The notes below the pieces were generated by a model. That model was not told the origin of the DNA, ran no database searches, and saw only the letters and a program-made list of their open reading frames with translations. Source: Cercozoa sp. M6MM (lineage: Eukaryota; Protista; Endomyxa: Ascetosporea). From it: a stretch of 64,000 nt of DNA. Where the stretch lies: NCBI GenBank assembly GCA_040357565.1, contig JBDODJ010000059.1; one strand, given 5' to 3'. The position numbers and the translations under genes are program-made. Below, piece by piece: positions 11,931 to 24,722 of the stretch (positions are counted from its first letter, which is position 1; each line of letters opens with the position of its first letter).

Positions 11931-13399
11931 TCAGTCGAATTGATCGCCAACAAAGTAGACAATGTCAGCTTCGTCCAAAAGATCTGTGTGCGAAAACCGG
12001 TACAATCAGCAGCACAAGGAATTCGCACTTTCGTAGGGACTGTAAAACAAGTACGCGCAGGCAGTCGATTGACAGGCTCATTCTCCAACAGCATTGTCAT
12101 TGTTACGATCTCGTGCTCCTGCCCCCCGCCCGCAAAAACAGTGACAAGAAAATAATAAGTGCCAGTGGTCTAACACACCTGAAGTCCCGAGTAGTGCCGC
12201 AGCAGCTGCACTGTGCCGCCTTCGTGTTGAACGTGAAAGGCACCCACCACCAGGAACGTATCCCTGGGGAAAAAAAGCTCTTTATCCAAACGGGTCTCTG
12301 TTGTTTCAACAAAGAAATACCGTTTGTCTCGTCGGATCGACTGTGAAACTGCCTGTGCCATCGAACTATCCCACAAGCACTGCGAACGCCACAGCTGCTC
12401 GACCTGAACACAAAACGAGGATTAAACGGGACATACAAAGGATAAAGGCGTCAAAAGGATAAAGGAGTGAAAGGATAAGAGGGATAAGGGGTCAAGGGAT
12501 AAGGCAACATGAAACCTCGTCGTTGTCGCTAAAGAGTTCGAAAAAACGCTTTTCGTATTCTCCGCTCGGCATCTGAGAACACTTTTTCCCAATCACACAG
12601 AACCCAATCAGAAGAAGACAAAACAGAAAACAAAACCTTGTCCGGCACGGCAAACATGGCACGCTGCCATGGTGACGTCAACTGCGACAATGCCTCGTAG
12701 CCTTGCTCACGTGCCACCTGCGAAACTGAACACAGAGAACTCAAGTCAGTCAAAAATAAAAGAAGCTAGCCGCCTGACCTTGTTGTAGCGTCGAGGCGAG
12801 TTTGCTGCAACCATAGGAAGTCCTTCGTGTCTGCACAGCTCGACTAGCTTTTCGTGACCGCGCGGATAACTCCTACAAAAAACAGCAAATCGTTTGACGT
12901 TTGACTTTTGGTGCATGCAACTTAGGTACGGACTATTGCGTCGCTTTCCGGTCTTCTCGCTGTTGAACAGGTTGCACATAACTGATAACTGCACATAGGG
13001 GGAAAACTTACAGAAAAGTGTCGGTGCTGATGAGACCAGAAAAGTACTCATCCGTGGCGAGTTGCATGTCTCGCTCGAAGAACTCCATCGCCAAGGCCGC
13101 CTGATCATGCTGTTCCACGAAAGCTTCAAACAGTTCGAACTGTGTCTTCAAACCGATCGTGTGGCCATGGTACTCGCCCGAAAGCACAGCCTAAACTCAA
13201 TGTAAGGCATGCCAACAGAGTAACTGAAAGCGCAGTCACAAGCGGAAAACAGTTTGGTATTTACGCGAACGCGCGGACTGGAAAGACGTGACTCAACATC
13301 CGATCTGGAGATTCGCTCACCTGTCCGGCCATCGTAGAACACCGGCAGTGCCTGCGCCAGTACCATCGACAGCACTAACGACAGCAGCAGCATGTTCAT
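11931..13399 (-). CDS. Secreted ChaN-family (haem-binding uptake, Tiki/EreA/TraB superfamily) protein
   Basis: Signal peptide MNMLLLSLVLSMVLAQA. Spliced motifs: AVLSGEYHGH, ALAMEFFERDMQLATDEYFSGLI, LVELCRHEGLPMVAANSPRRYNK, SQCLWDSSMAQAVS, VVGAFHVQHEGG, EADIVYFVGDQFD*. Confidence 0.85.
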
Positions 13400-13738
13400 C
13401 CTGACGTCTATAAGCACAAGTAAAAGCAATGAAAAAAACACAAGAATCACCCAAAGAATTCAACCAGATGCTGATGTGCTGGAGCAGTAGCGCTGATTTA
13501 GGTTATTTAAGCACGGATGTACTGTACTCTGTTCCCGGAGATGTCTCTGCTTGCTGGCTCAAGGAGATTCATCCGACAGTCTGTTGGTCACCCGACCGCT
13601 CTACGTGATCTGGAACCACCACCAAGGATATCGTCATTTACTGTACGTTGTTACCTGTGTTTGAGTAGGGAAGCCTTGAGCAACTTTTTAGCAGCTAAGG
13701 GCTCTCTCTCTCTCTCGATCAGGTACTGTATGTAACGC

Positions 13739-13782
13739 ATTAGCGTCCGGTACTTCAGCGATCCTGGATACCCTGTCCAGGC
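13739..13782 (+). repeat. Fragment homologous to the internal part of the MITE (11447-11499)
   Basis: attagcgtccggtacttcagcgat vs attagcgtccagtagttcagcgat (22/24 identical). Both are followed shortly by tgtccaggc. Confidence 0.6.
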
Positions 13783-14035
13783 ATGCCTTTATGGGCGGAC
13801 ATGTCGCATTTACTCTAACTAACACTGTGGGGGCACTCCAAGCGGTTGATTGGATTCATTTCGGTCCAGTTTAAGCTAAAATAACAATTTGGGATTATTG
13901 TACATCATGATTTGTCTTTTGTACATCAGTCGCGTCGTGCTGTGGTTTTGGAATGACCACGCCTCCTTTGCCACATGCACCTTCACGGTGCGGCCGCCTG
14001 CACTGGTTCGAGACATCCCGCCATGGCAAGGCGAG

Positions 14036-17000
14036 TTATTGGTCGATGTCTTCTTTTGCCTTTTCGCTATCGGACATTTCGGCGTCCGAAACAGCACATT
14101 TTCGCAAACTACGGACACGCAGGCGCAGGGACGGACTTGTCGAGCCCAACAGCTACACAAGTTTCGAGTATTTGTGGCAGAAGTGCGCGGTGCGTCAACG
14201 AGAATAGGCACTTACCTCAGAACGCGGTGTGCCAGGAACGGCCAACTTTTTAACTGGCGACTCTGGCGATGAACGGTCATCTAGTCCTTCCTGTCAAGCA
14301 TCGCAACAATGTAATTTGTTGATGCTGTATAAATCAAGCTCAGCAGTAGTACCAGCGAGAACAGGGGCGGGGGATCTTTCATGCTGCGCTTGGTGCAGTC
14401 AGCTTCTACAGACAGCAACAGTGCACACGCACATACGCAGTGAGATTTCCATCTCGACAGACCCGATAGATCAATGACGAGACGACGCCGCAGTCGCATC
14501 GGCGACGGCGTGCAGAGTGCTGCCACCATCGGGATCGCTTGCTCACTGGCCACGGTGCGGAGATGAAGTTGCACGTAGCGAGTGACCTTGTCGAGTTCGA
14601 TGGCGTCCAAGCACTGCAGCGTCAGGTTGCTGCGCAAGGCACAGTTATATTATCAGCGAAAAACCAAAGAGGATCCGATACTACACTTTCTCAAAAAACA
14701 GCGTACAGTTGCTGGCGCTCACGACGCGCGTGTTCAGTGATTTTGGACAACAACTCGCGCTTCGACTCATTGTTGCCGAAACTGATGGAGCTACGTCGTC
14801 GTCGTTTCTGACGGCATGTCACAGCTGCTCCTGTGATACAGTTTTCTTTTTGTTGTTGCTTCTTGCACGACTTGCAAACGGCACCTCGAATGAAAAAAGA
14901 ACTATACCTTGCACGGCGCCAAGAGCTTCGAGTTTGCGAATCGCAAGGTCGCGCAGCACGTGCAAGAAACGCATGGGGGGCAAGATGCAGCACTCCTAAG
15001 CAAGTTCAAAATGACAGATAAGCGACGACTTTGGTTTTGACAAAGACACAGCTCACACTGGCTTCGTTCGACGTCGCGTCTTTTATCGTGGGGTTCACCG
15101 AAATTCGACGGAACGCGTGTTCCCACAACAATTCGTCGTTAGCGACGCGACTTTTTCCACTCTTGGATTTTTGCTGCTCGGAAATAGACTGTGACTCGGA
15201 CAAGCACGCAAATAAACACACAAACACACAACTTACTAGAGCATTGATGACATCGCCGTAGGTAAAGGTCCAAGTTTGCCCATTCGCGTGCGCGTCGCAG
15301 AGCGCGTGCTGCAGTGTCGAAACGCGTGAGTAAAAGTACTGAGCCAGTACAAGACTGAGCAGACACTCTGTCATGTTCTGCTTGGCTCCCTCGATCGTTT
15401 CCGGAATCGTAAGCATGCTACAGGAACAAGACTCAACGTTTCACTAGAATACATGTAAATCCGGGACAGAAATGAATACAGTTCCTTGGCGATGTTCCTG
15501 TTGGCACCACTCGCTTTCTGCGACTGCCACAGCGACTGAGAAGTGCCGTGCTCCGCAAACGCACCGACGACAGGAACCACGGCGACGTTGCCGATGCATG
15601 CGATGTAAGTCTGTGATAGGGAAAGAGTTGAGAGTTGAGGTAGGTATGAACAGAAAACTCACAAGTGCGAGTTTACCTCAAAGCCGGGAAACGCGAACTG
15701 AATAAACTTGGAGTCGTTGGACGTCAGCTCCGATGGGTCAATGCAGAGCACGCGCGTGCGTCGCAGCACTTCATGACCATGTTCCAGGCACTTCTCCATT
15801 CGCTGGAGCGCCTCGAGCATCTGCTTTGACTCGGCACTGCGACGGTGCTTGTCCACCGCGAGCCACTGACCACTGAAAGTGTCAGTCCGAGCGCCGCTGT
15901 CAGGAGTGCCGGCAGAAAAAGGCAGAAACGCCGAGTGCAAGACCGTCGAACTGTTAAAGCACACGTGCTGCAGCAAGGCGATCTGACGCATGACATTTCG
16001 AGGTTCATCCATGACACGCTCGCACAGACGCTTGGTTTCGTCCACGACCGGTCCTGTGTCAACAAGGCGCGGCGTGAAGTTCTGACTCTGAACGCCAGAA
16101 TCGCTCGACAGCTTGTGCGTGCCAAAGACGCTGACGCTGGCACTTCTCTGCTTCAGACGACGGGGAGCCGGGCCGCTGCTTTGCGGTCGACGATTTTGCT
16201 GCTTCAGGAACTGCCGAGTCGAAGGGGTCGGCGTTTGCGAAAGGCTCCGAGTACGCATGCGATCGCGTCTTTCAACAGGCTGTCCGGGAGCACTGCAGCC
16301 GGGCTCCTTCAACAAACTGTCACGCAACCTATGCGTTGCTGCAAGCACACACCGCAATAAAACCTCTAAAATACTATTTATTATGGGTATCTTAGAAATC
16401 AAGCATACTTCGCATCAGCTCGTCGTAAGTCTGTGAAATCAAACGATGCGCCTCGGACATGTCTGTGTGCGATTTGTTCTCGTTGTCGCACTGCGATTCC
16501 TGCCACTGCTGACTGAGCGCCTGGAGTTCTTGCGTCAACTCGGCGATGCGGGTTGACAGAAACGAGGCCACGGCCCTGGAAGACAGCGCATGGGCCGGTT
16601 CTTCCGAGATCGATGACAGTCCAGTCGGGCTCTTTGGGCTAAGTTTCCCAAGAGGAGGTAAACCGCTTTAAGTTGAGAAGGCTATGGGGAATACCTGAGC
16701 GGCAAGGCCAAATCGCGACGTTGCTCCGAGCGAGCCATGCTTGAGACAAGCTCGCCAGCGGTACTTTGCAGCTACAAGCCAATGGTCCACACGGCAGCGC
16801 AAGAGCAACAGGTTAATTTCGGGACACCTCATGGGCGCTTCGGCTTCGCCTGTGCTCTCTCAGGCGGCGCCTACGACCAACACCACTGACCCATGCTTAT
16901 AAAAGACAAACGAGAAAATTATAATACAACATCTCGATCCGTGTACTTCTGCGGCAGCGCTAAATAGACAAAGATGTAGGCTCAAAACAAAGGTGTGCAA

Positions 17001-17195
17001 TTGGATTGGTGGTCGACCGGGCGTTTCCCGATCACCCACCCCAGTCGAGGCATGCCAGTGCTGATACTGTGACACTGACCCAATACACGTGCAAAAAAAA
17101 ACAGGCACTCCGGGTGAACGTTTCTGGAGCCAGAGTGGCAACTGAAACGGACTCACTGAGAGCAGTCGCAATAGTCTCCGAGCACCTCTGTGCAC
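14036..17195 (-). CDS. Hypothetical multi-exon protein; start approximate
   Basis: Long ORF 15659-16402 plus consecutive GT-AG bounded exons ending ...SEKAKEDIDQ*. No recognised domain. Confidence 0.45.
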
Positions 17196-17284
17196 TGATA
17201 TCTTAGATCACGCTGTGACTGTGACTGTGATTGTGACTGTGACTGTGCCTGTGACTGTGCCCGTGACTGTGCCCGTGACTGTGC

Positions 17285-17380
17285 TTAGTTTAGTTGAGTC
17301 TTCTAGGAAACCAACTATGTAAGTTTAGTTCCCCTGCACCAGCCTGGGGTGGGTCACAAGAGCACGGCCGTGTCTACCGC
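17285..17380 (+). mobile_element. Short dispersed repeat (SINE/MITE-like), copy 1
   Basis: TTAGTTTAG..TTGAGTCTTCTAGGAAACCAACTATGTA..TCCCCTGCACCAGCCTGGGGTGGGT recurs inverted at 53396-53463 and in diverged form at about 37030-37113. Confidence 0.7.
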
Positions 17381-17668
17381 CCGCTTAGGGTAGGACCATA
17401 CAACTCCCCTTTCGACGTTCCCCAGACACCGGAGTCGACTTCATGGTTGGTGCCCAATAAGCCAGTATTCTATGACCAGCACACATCGAGGAACATCAGG
17501 AGTACCCGTGGACAGTGGTTGACCGACTGATCGATGTGACAGCGCAGCTTGCTGAAAGGCACCTGCATGCCAGACAATAGATGTCTCCCATGGGAACTAG
17601 GACTGACTCCTCTGCCTTTTAAATGGCTAACTCAGGAACCCAACTCCTTTCGGGCAGGTTCCAAAAAA

Positions 17669-20446
17669 TTAACTCATGTCTAAACCCAGCTGCAGCTGCA
17701 GAAACAGGTCGCGCGGCGGTAGCTGCGACGAGTGCAGCAGCGCGTTCCGCAGGCGCTCTTTGTCGCGCAGCCACTCGCGCTCGTGATCGTACTGCGGGTC
17801 AGTTTCGTGCGTCCGCGCGGAAGGCAGCGTGATTGAAACGACGGCTACGGCACGCTCTTGCGTCTGTCGCCAGAGCTGCACCTCACACAAGGCGCCTTGT
17901 TCTACTCACAGGAGGTAGCAAGTAAAAAGAGCAATGGGCTGAGGTAGTAAATAGGAAGGGATACCCCTGTAGGGTTTCAGTGTGTCCAACAGACACTGTC
18001 GGAGACGCGTATCCTCACTGGACGGCGTGTGCAGCATCAGCAGCTGCGTTGTCTCCTGCATCATCGGGTACACGGCCAGCACAATGAGCAGCGAGATGGC
18101 TACGCTGCACACTGCACACAGGGGGGGGGGGGGTTAAGGGTAAAAAAGGTAAAAGGGCAAAAAGGTAGGACAAAGGTGAAAGGTAAAAGCAAAAGGGTAA
18201 GGGCAAAAAGGTAAAGGTAAAGGTACAGGGTAAAGGTAAAAAAAGGTACAAAAAGGTACAAAAAGGTAAAAGGTAAAAGGTAAAGGTAAAAGGCAAAAGG
18301 TAAAGGTTAAAAAAGGAAAAAGGTAAAGGTAAAAGGCAAAAGGTAAAGGCAAAAGGGTAAAAGAGTAAAGGATAAAGGGAGAGAGCCCACCAGCATCGGC
18401 CCAGAGCCAGCCCTTCCAGCGAATGAGTTCGCCCGAGACAATGCAGCCGACACTGCCCAAGGTGTCGGCCACGACGTGCCAGAACAGAGCCTGCTTGTTG
18501 TGATCGTGACTGTGACCGTGATCACCGTCATGACTGTGGCCATGGTGACTGTGCTGATCGTGAAAGAAGACGATGCCGACCAGGTTGACCAGCAGGCCGA
18601 GCCAGCTCACCAGTCGCAGCTTGGCGTCGTCGATCTCGGGCTCTGACAGCAGGCGGCCCACGCTCTCCACCATTACACTCTGGGGGAGGGGGTAACATCA
18701 GGTGGTCAAGAGGGTAGCGGCAAGGGAGTGGGGCAAACAGCGCTACAGCAGAGATGAGCAGCAAGAAGGTGCCGTTGACGAAACCGGCCGCCGTGCGCAG
18801 TCGCTCCAGTCCGAGGCCTGCGCGACTGTCATTCTGCGGGAACAGGGAGGGGTCAGATAGACAAGAGGGTAGGTAAAGGGATGGGAGGTGGGAACAGGTA
18901 AGACACCGCCGCAGCACGCGCGACGTAGTCGGCATAGAGTCCGACAGCGACGGCAAGCGAGTCGAAGAGCATGTGGCACGCGTCGCCAATCAGCGACAAG
19001 GAGTGCGTCCAGAAACCGTAGGCGAATTCCACAAACATAAAGACGAAATTGAGCGTGAAGAAAATCAGCATGCGCTCGCTGTCGCCGCTGCTGCGCACGT
19101 GTCGCCAGAACCTGTCCAGACACGTGTCTACTTGGTTCCCTCCCTCTCACTTGGTCCCACTCACTTGGTCCCCTCACTTGATCCCTCTCACTTGGTCCCA
19201 CTCACTTGATCCCTCTCACTTGATCCCTCTCACTTGGTCCCACTCACTTGGTCCCCACCCATTTGGTCCCTTTTGCAAGCAGCAGTCTAGGTATGTGGGT
19301 ACTGTGCAGGTGACGGCAGGAAGGGCGACACTGACTGCGTGTCGGTGGCGGCACTGTGCGCACGTGTCAGCCACACGCCCAGACAGAGCGACGCGAAGAG
19401 CACCGACGAGAGGGCCGAGGTGCCACCTTGCAGCAGTAGGCAGACCAGCATACTGCACAGTACTGTGCTGGCACCTTGTCCTTCCTCCAGGACGGTTGTA
19501 TTGTTGCCGTCGTTGTTGTTGCTGCTGGAGGAGTGTCCGTACAGCACAGTCACGGGCACACAGGCCGATAGTAGTGCCGCAAAGGCCAGTGACCAACCGG
19601 CCGACGACGGGTCTGTGTGCCAGAAGAGCGACACGGCAGTGACACACAGTGTAGCCACTGCCACCAGCAGTGCCTCCACCAGCGCACTACGCAGACCAGT
19701 CTGCACGAGCCGTGTCTTGACTTGTGTGCGACGCTGCACCAGCTGCTTGCGCCGCAGGTCCATCAGCAGTGCCACTGGTACTGACAGCACTGCTAGCACA
19801 CTCCTCGTTGTCACCTCTGTTCAGATACACAGGGATAAGGGAATGTACAGGGGGGTAAAAGTAGCAGGGGTACCCCGGAACTCCACGAGAAGCGACACAA
19901 AAACGAGCAGCACGAAAGCGACGGCTACGACAGCGCGGCGCTGCAACTGCGTTTTCGCCTCGTGTTTCGCCTCACGGCCGCGAGCAGCAAAAGCGGCGAA
20001 TCGAGTCGCTGCGAAACACAGCGCGCACCGGACGGCTCCAAGTTCGCGCAGTGCCAGAGAGGCACACGCCAGTGACACCACAAGAGCGAACACGCCGAAC
20101 ACGACGTCCTGCGCACGCAGGCGACGAGTGACACTGCGCACCTCACGTCGCACCTCGTCTGCGCCGGCCCTCGCCGCCACCAGGCCGACATTCAGTGCCA
20201 CACACAGCAGTGCCAACACCAACAAACGACAGGTCGAGTCACGCAGGAGCGACAACAACGACACGTCGGTGTGTGCCACCTCGAGGTCCCGACTGGCCAA
20301 CAACACGGCCGCCGCCGCCAGCGCTGTTCGCGCCGCCGCTATCGACGCCGCCGACCTTTGAACAACAACAACAAGTACACAAGAAACTAGACAGCTCAAG
20401 CATCCCCGCTATACCGCGATTCTTGCGTCGCCAGATCGCCCAGCAT
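17669..20446 (-). CDS. Cation diffusion facilitator zinc transporter (ZnT5/ZnT7/Msc2-like) with long N-terminal TM extension
   Basis: FFTLNFVFMFVEFAYGFWTHSLSLIGDACHMLFD (HxxxD motif), AGFVNGTFL, His-rich loop HDQHSHHGHSHDGDHGHSHDH, FWHVVADTLGSVG. Exons are in order with GT-AG boundaries. Confidence 0.93.
18121..18380. repeat. Intronic (AAAGGT)n repeat plus G-run in the zinc transporter gene
   Basis: Direct inspection. Confidence 0.9.
19130..19270. repeat. Intronic ~13-bp minisatellite (CTCACTTGRTCCC)n
   Basis: Direct inspection. Confidence 0.9.
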
Positions 20447-20722
20447 TCGCACTTATCGATCGCACACGTGGCACAATCAATGTCGCTCCGCTCGACTGAT
20501 CACTCACACCAAATGCGCCTAGCGGCGCACTACTGGGATTTATGTACTGCGAAAACCACACAATGGGCGCAAAAGCACTGCTAGCACCTGATATCTTGCG
20601 GATTTGCCGGGTTTTTGTTTGTGGCTCGACTTGAGCCAGAGTCACCGGCCAGCTTGTGTGCCAAATTTTGGATGTTTGCCGCGCGTACATTTGTGTATCG
20701 TTCGTTTGCGCAACGTCTGGCA

Positions 20723-22484
20723 ATGTCGTCTATTTGCACGCACTCAGGTAGGCATTTTTTGTATTTTCGTGTCTCCCAGGTGTGCGTATGAACTTCTTCG
20801 AGTGTGCAGGATCCTTCCACGCGGACGAGTCGCTCGCCTGCGCTCTGCTGCGCAAGACGGACCGATTCGCCGGTGCGGAGGTGCGTCGCTCGCGTGACCC
20901 GGAAGTGTGGGCTCAGTGCGACATCCTCGTCGATGTGGGCGGTATACCGCTCACAGTTGCTCCATGGCCAGTCAGAATTTCTGAATGTTGACATATGTGC
21001 AGCTGAGTATGATATCTCGAACTCCAAGTTCGATCACCACCAACGCGGTTTCGAGGAGGTACCTTTTCGCAGTTTCTGTATTTCCGTATTTTTTGTATTT
21101 GTCTTGGGCAGACCTTTGACACTGAGCACTCGACGAAGCTTTCTTCGGCTGGTTTGATCTACAAGCACTTCGGCCGCGAGGTTTGGCCAGATCAGAACAG
21201 GTTGTTGCTTAGATTTGATTGGTGTTGGTTGGGTGACTCAGATCCTCCAGAAGATGACTGGCTACGAGGGCGAGCAGCTCAAGCTTCTGTTCCAGAAGAT
21301 GTACGACTCGTTCATTGAGGTAGTCAGACTCTGTTTCTTGTTTGTGCTTTTGCCTACTGTCGTCTCTTTCGCAGGAGATGGACGCGATCGACAACGGCAT
21401 CAGTCGTTACGAAACTCACTCGGTACGGACTGTTTTTTCTTTTTCTTTAATTGGCGGAATAATGCTATTAATTTGATGGACAGGAACCGCGCTACTCGAC
21501 TGCAGGCACCGATCTGGCCGCTCGTGTGGTCAGTTCTTGCCTTCAGTTTAATCAGTAGTTTTGCTAGACACTGGGGTGTGTGCAGAGCAAGCTGAACCCG
21601 CGTTGGAACGAGGAGGGCGTTGATGTCGACGCTCGGTTCAAGGTACCGCAAACTTTCACCTCAGCAACTGAGCTTATGTTAATTCTCTTGCAATCTTGTT
21701 CGTGTGACTGCAGCAAGCCATGGCGCTGTGCGAATCCGAGTTTGATGAGGCTGTCGATTACTACGTGGTCCGTGTTCCTGTGCCTGCTAATGTCTAGGTC
21801 TATAGCAATCAAGTTGTACCGCTGAATGCAGAAGTCGTGGTTCCCGGCCAAGCAGATCGTCGTCGACGTAAGTCTGGCTGATCTGTCTTTGTTCCGTTTT
21901 AACTTGAAGGACGTGTGCCGGTGTAGGCCATGAACACGCGCGAGCAAGTGCACCCGTCGGGCAGCATTGTGCTCCTCAAGCAGTTCTGCCCGTGGAAGGG
22001 CCACCTGCACTCTCTTGAGGGCCAGATGGCTCTCGGAGAGCAGATCAAGTACGTGCTGTACCCGGACACGTCGGGCAAGTTCCGTGTCCAGGCTGTTGCC
22101 AAGGAGAAGGGCAGTTTTGGTTCGTTTCTTCTTTTTTTTTGGTTTTTTTCGTGTCCGCGCGGAAGCTTAGATGTCTCGTCTTTTTTTTTTTTGGCGGCAT
22201 AGAGTCGCGTCTCGCTTTGCCTGAGCCGTGGCGTGGCATCCGTGGCGATGCTCTCTCGCAGCTTACCGGCATTGAGGGTATGTGCTTTTCCTTGATTGAT
22301 CTTGCTTTTTTTTGCATATTGTGTTGTCAGGTTGCATCTTTGTTCACGCCAGCGGTTTTATTGGCGGCAACGATACCAAGGAGGGCGCTCTCGCCATGGC
22401 CTCGAAGGCTCTCGCGATGTGTACTTCTCGTTATCTGCCTTTTCGTTTTAAAGCACGTTTGACGGATTTCGCTCAGTGCAGTGA
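20723..22484 (+). CDS. MYG1: MYG1 family exonuclease (UPF0160), 14 exons
   Basis: ICTHSGSFHADESLAC, RSRDPEVWAQCDILVDVG, FDHHQRGF, KLSSAGLIYKHFG, DAIDNGI, CPWKGHL, SRLALPEPWRG, CIFVHASGFIGGN. All 13 introns are GT-AG. Confidence 0.96.
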
Positions 22485-22832
22485 CGCCCGAAATTGGCGA
22501 GAAGCGGACTGTGCCACCTGCCTGACTGATCAAGCAACTTGAATAAGCCAAACTTGAATAAGCCAGTGTTGTCGCTCGAAACGAACTGGACTGAACGGGG
22601 ATACACGATTCGCCATTTACTCTGACTACTATTGCCACCTGGCGGGTGACTTGCCGCTCATACCGTAGCTACCTTGGTTTCGCACGCTAACGCGTCACGG
22701 TAGTCACTATGCGTACGTTCAGTCCGGGCGAAATGTGGCGTGTGTTGCCCAAGTCCGAACAACCAACGTGCATGATTCTTCAAGGTTCTGAGACGGAGAG
22801 AGCCAACACTCACAAACAGCGCTGTCCGAATC

Positions 22833-23875
22833 ATGCAGCGTGTCCCGTCGTGCCTAGCACATTCGGGCGAACGCTGGGCTAGCGAACTTTTAATGCTGCT
22901 GTACTCACTCTTCACGATCGTGTCGTTTCAAGTTTGGTATCGATTCAGCTTTTTTGAACGCAGGAGAGGCACTCGCACTCACTCGAGCTCTGAGTCGGAA
23001 GCGAGCTGCGTGTTGATGACGCTCGCCTATCTCGTGACAGCAGTGTCGATCTTCTTTGTACTTCTTCTGCGTTGCTGTGACAGAAAACCGGAACCCGAGT
23101 TTGAAGCGAAAGCTCACCATTTGACGAAAACTCGCAAGCTTTCGCTTTTTTCTCGCAGCTTTGACGAGGACTCAAGTACTGACATTGTTTCCATTTGAGC
23201 AGCACCAATTGATGGTTTACCGGTTGTTTTGTAGAGACTCTCGTGGTCAAGATGAATCGGCCCAACGATGAAACTGAAACTGTGCGCATATTTTTTGATC
23301 CGCGCGGAAGCGATCCAAGTCAACAGGATGCGAGTGAGTATCAAGATGTCGAACTCGACTCGAAGTACAGCGAATCGACAGCGACCACGCCGAGTGCAAG
23401 TACCGGCACGGAGTCAGACGAGTTAGACAACGACTTGTGGGTGCGTTTCGCCGAACTTTCTGACCCTGTCAGCGGTGCATTATTAAACTGTGTCAGTGTG
23501 CAGTCTGAGACAGATTCTGAGTTTGAGCGTGCCAGTGAGTTCAGTGCTGGGAGTCAGCCAGGCTTTCGAGATCACAGGGAGTCACCTCAGTACACGCGCT
23601 CGACTGGCAGCGAAAGCTCCGCGTCGCGTAGCCGTCGCAACGTCCCTGAAAGCATCCGACGACTGCAATACGACAACGATCTCGACGAACACCGGCACTC
23701 GGATCTCAGGGATGTCGAAGTCAACGGTTCAAACATTGAAGTACACTATTTCCTTCTTTCTCTCCTTTCTTCTTTTCACCTGTGTGTATTTTACTGGTTT
23801 ATGTTTCATGGTGTACCCAGTAGTTCACCGACTCAGAAGACTCCAGTGAGTAAATTCGCCTCGCAATCTTATTGA
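22833..23875 (+). CDS. Hypothetical membrane protein with acidic/Ser-rich tail
   Basis: ORF 22833-23198 has two hydrophobic stretches. ORF 23243-23875 follows after a short putative intron. Confidence 0.35.
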
Positions 23876-24722
23876 CTGTAGTAGCATCGACCGAGTCGAC
23901 TGAGACCTAAACTTACAGTAAACTGGAATCAACTGAATTAGAAAGTCCGACAACCGAAGCTTAGGTGATCAACAAGGTCAGTGCCAAGTGCCAACTGGAA
24001 AGTGGCATGGCTTTTCCATTTACTTGAAGCGAAGTTGCTTTTGCGCGATGTCGAAAAAATCGAATGCGTGCCCTTGTGTGTTCACATTATTGCACGTGTA
24101 CATTTGATCCTGTCAGTAGTGACTGGTTTGAACTCTGAAGGTCCGAAAAAAGACCGCGTGCTGACCAAGTGAGAGATTTATCGTTACTCCGGAGGATTGT
24201 GGCCTTAAGTTTGCACCTGAAGTACTGTAGGGTTCGCGAAGTGTTCGCAGCATCGCACTCGGTGCGCCACATGTTGTGGGACTTTCACTGTGACAGTGGC
24301 ACAGTCGGCACGAAAGAAGCCTTGAAAAGATGCAAGCTCGCTGCCGATGCAGAGGATTACGCCCGTTGGCAGCGACTCCAAAGACAATCGAACGCGAGAA
24401 ACCGAGCACTGCTTCGCTTCTTTCGTGTAAACCATATGCATATGAATTCTTTTAAGCCGCGATAACTTAAAGGCTCAGTACTTTCAGTTATTTTGGAGTC
24501 TACAGGAAAGCGCACTGCTGCTGCAAGCATGCTCACTTCCAACGTCGAACCGAAAGAGCGAACAAAAACTGCCAGTCGAAGAACCGCACCGGCATACGAT
24601 TGTGTGGCGAGGCGTGCTGCACGCTTTCGGTGTCGCCGAGACCTACTTCCGGCAGAGCTCGATTTTGTACATTCTGTTCTGCAGTACAGTCTGCCATGAT
24701 ACAGTACAAAATGTGCAATGTG

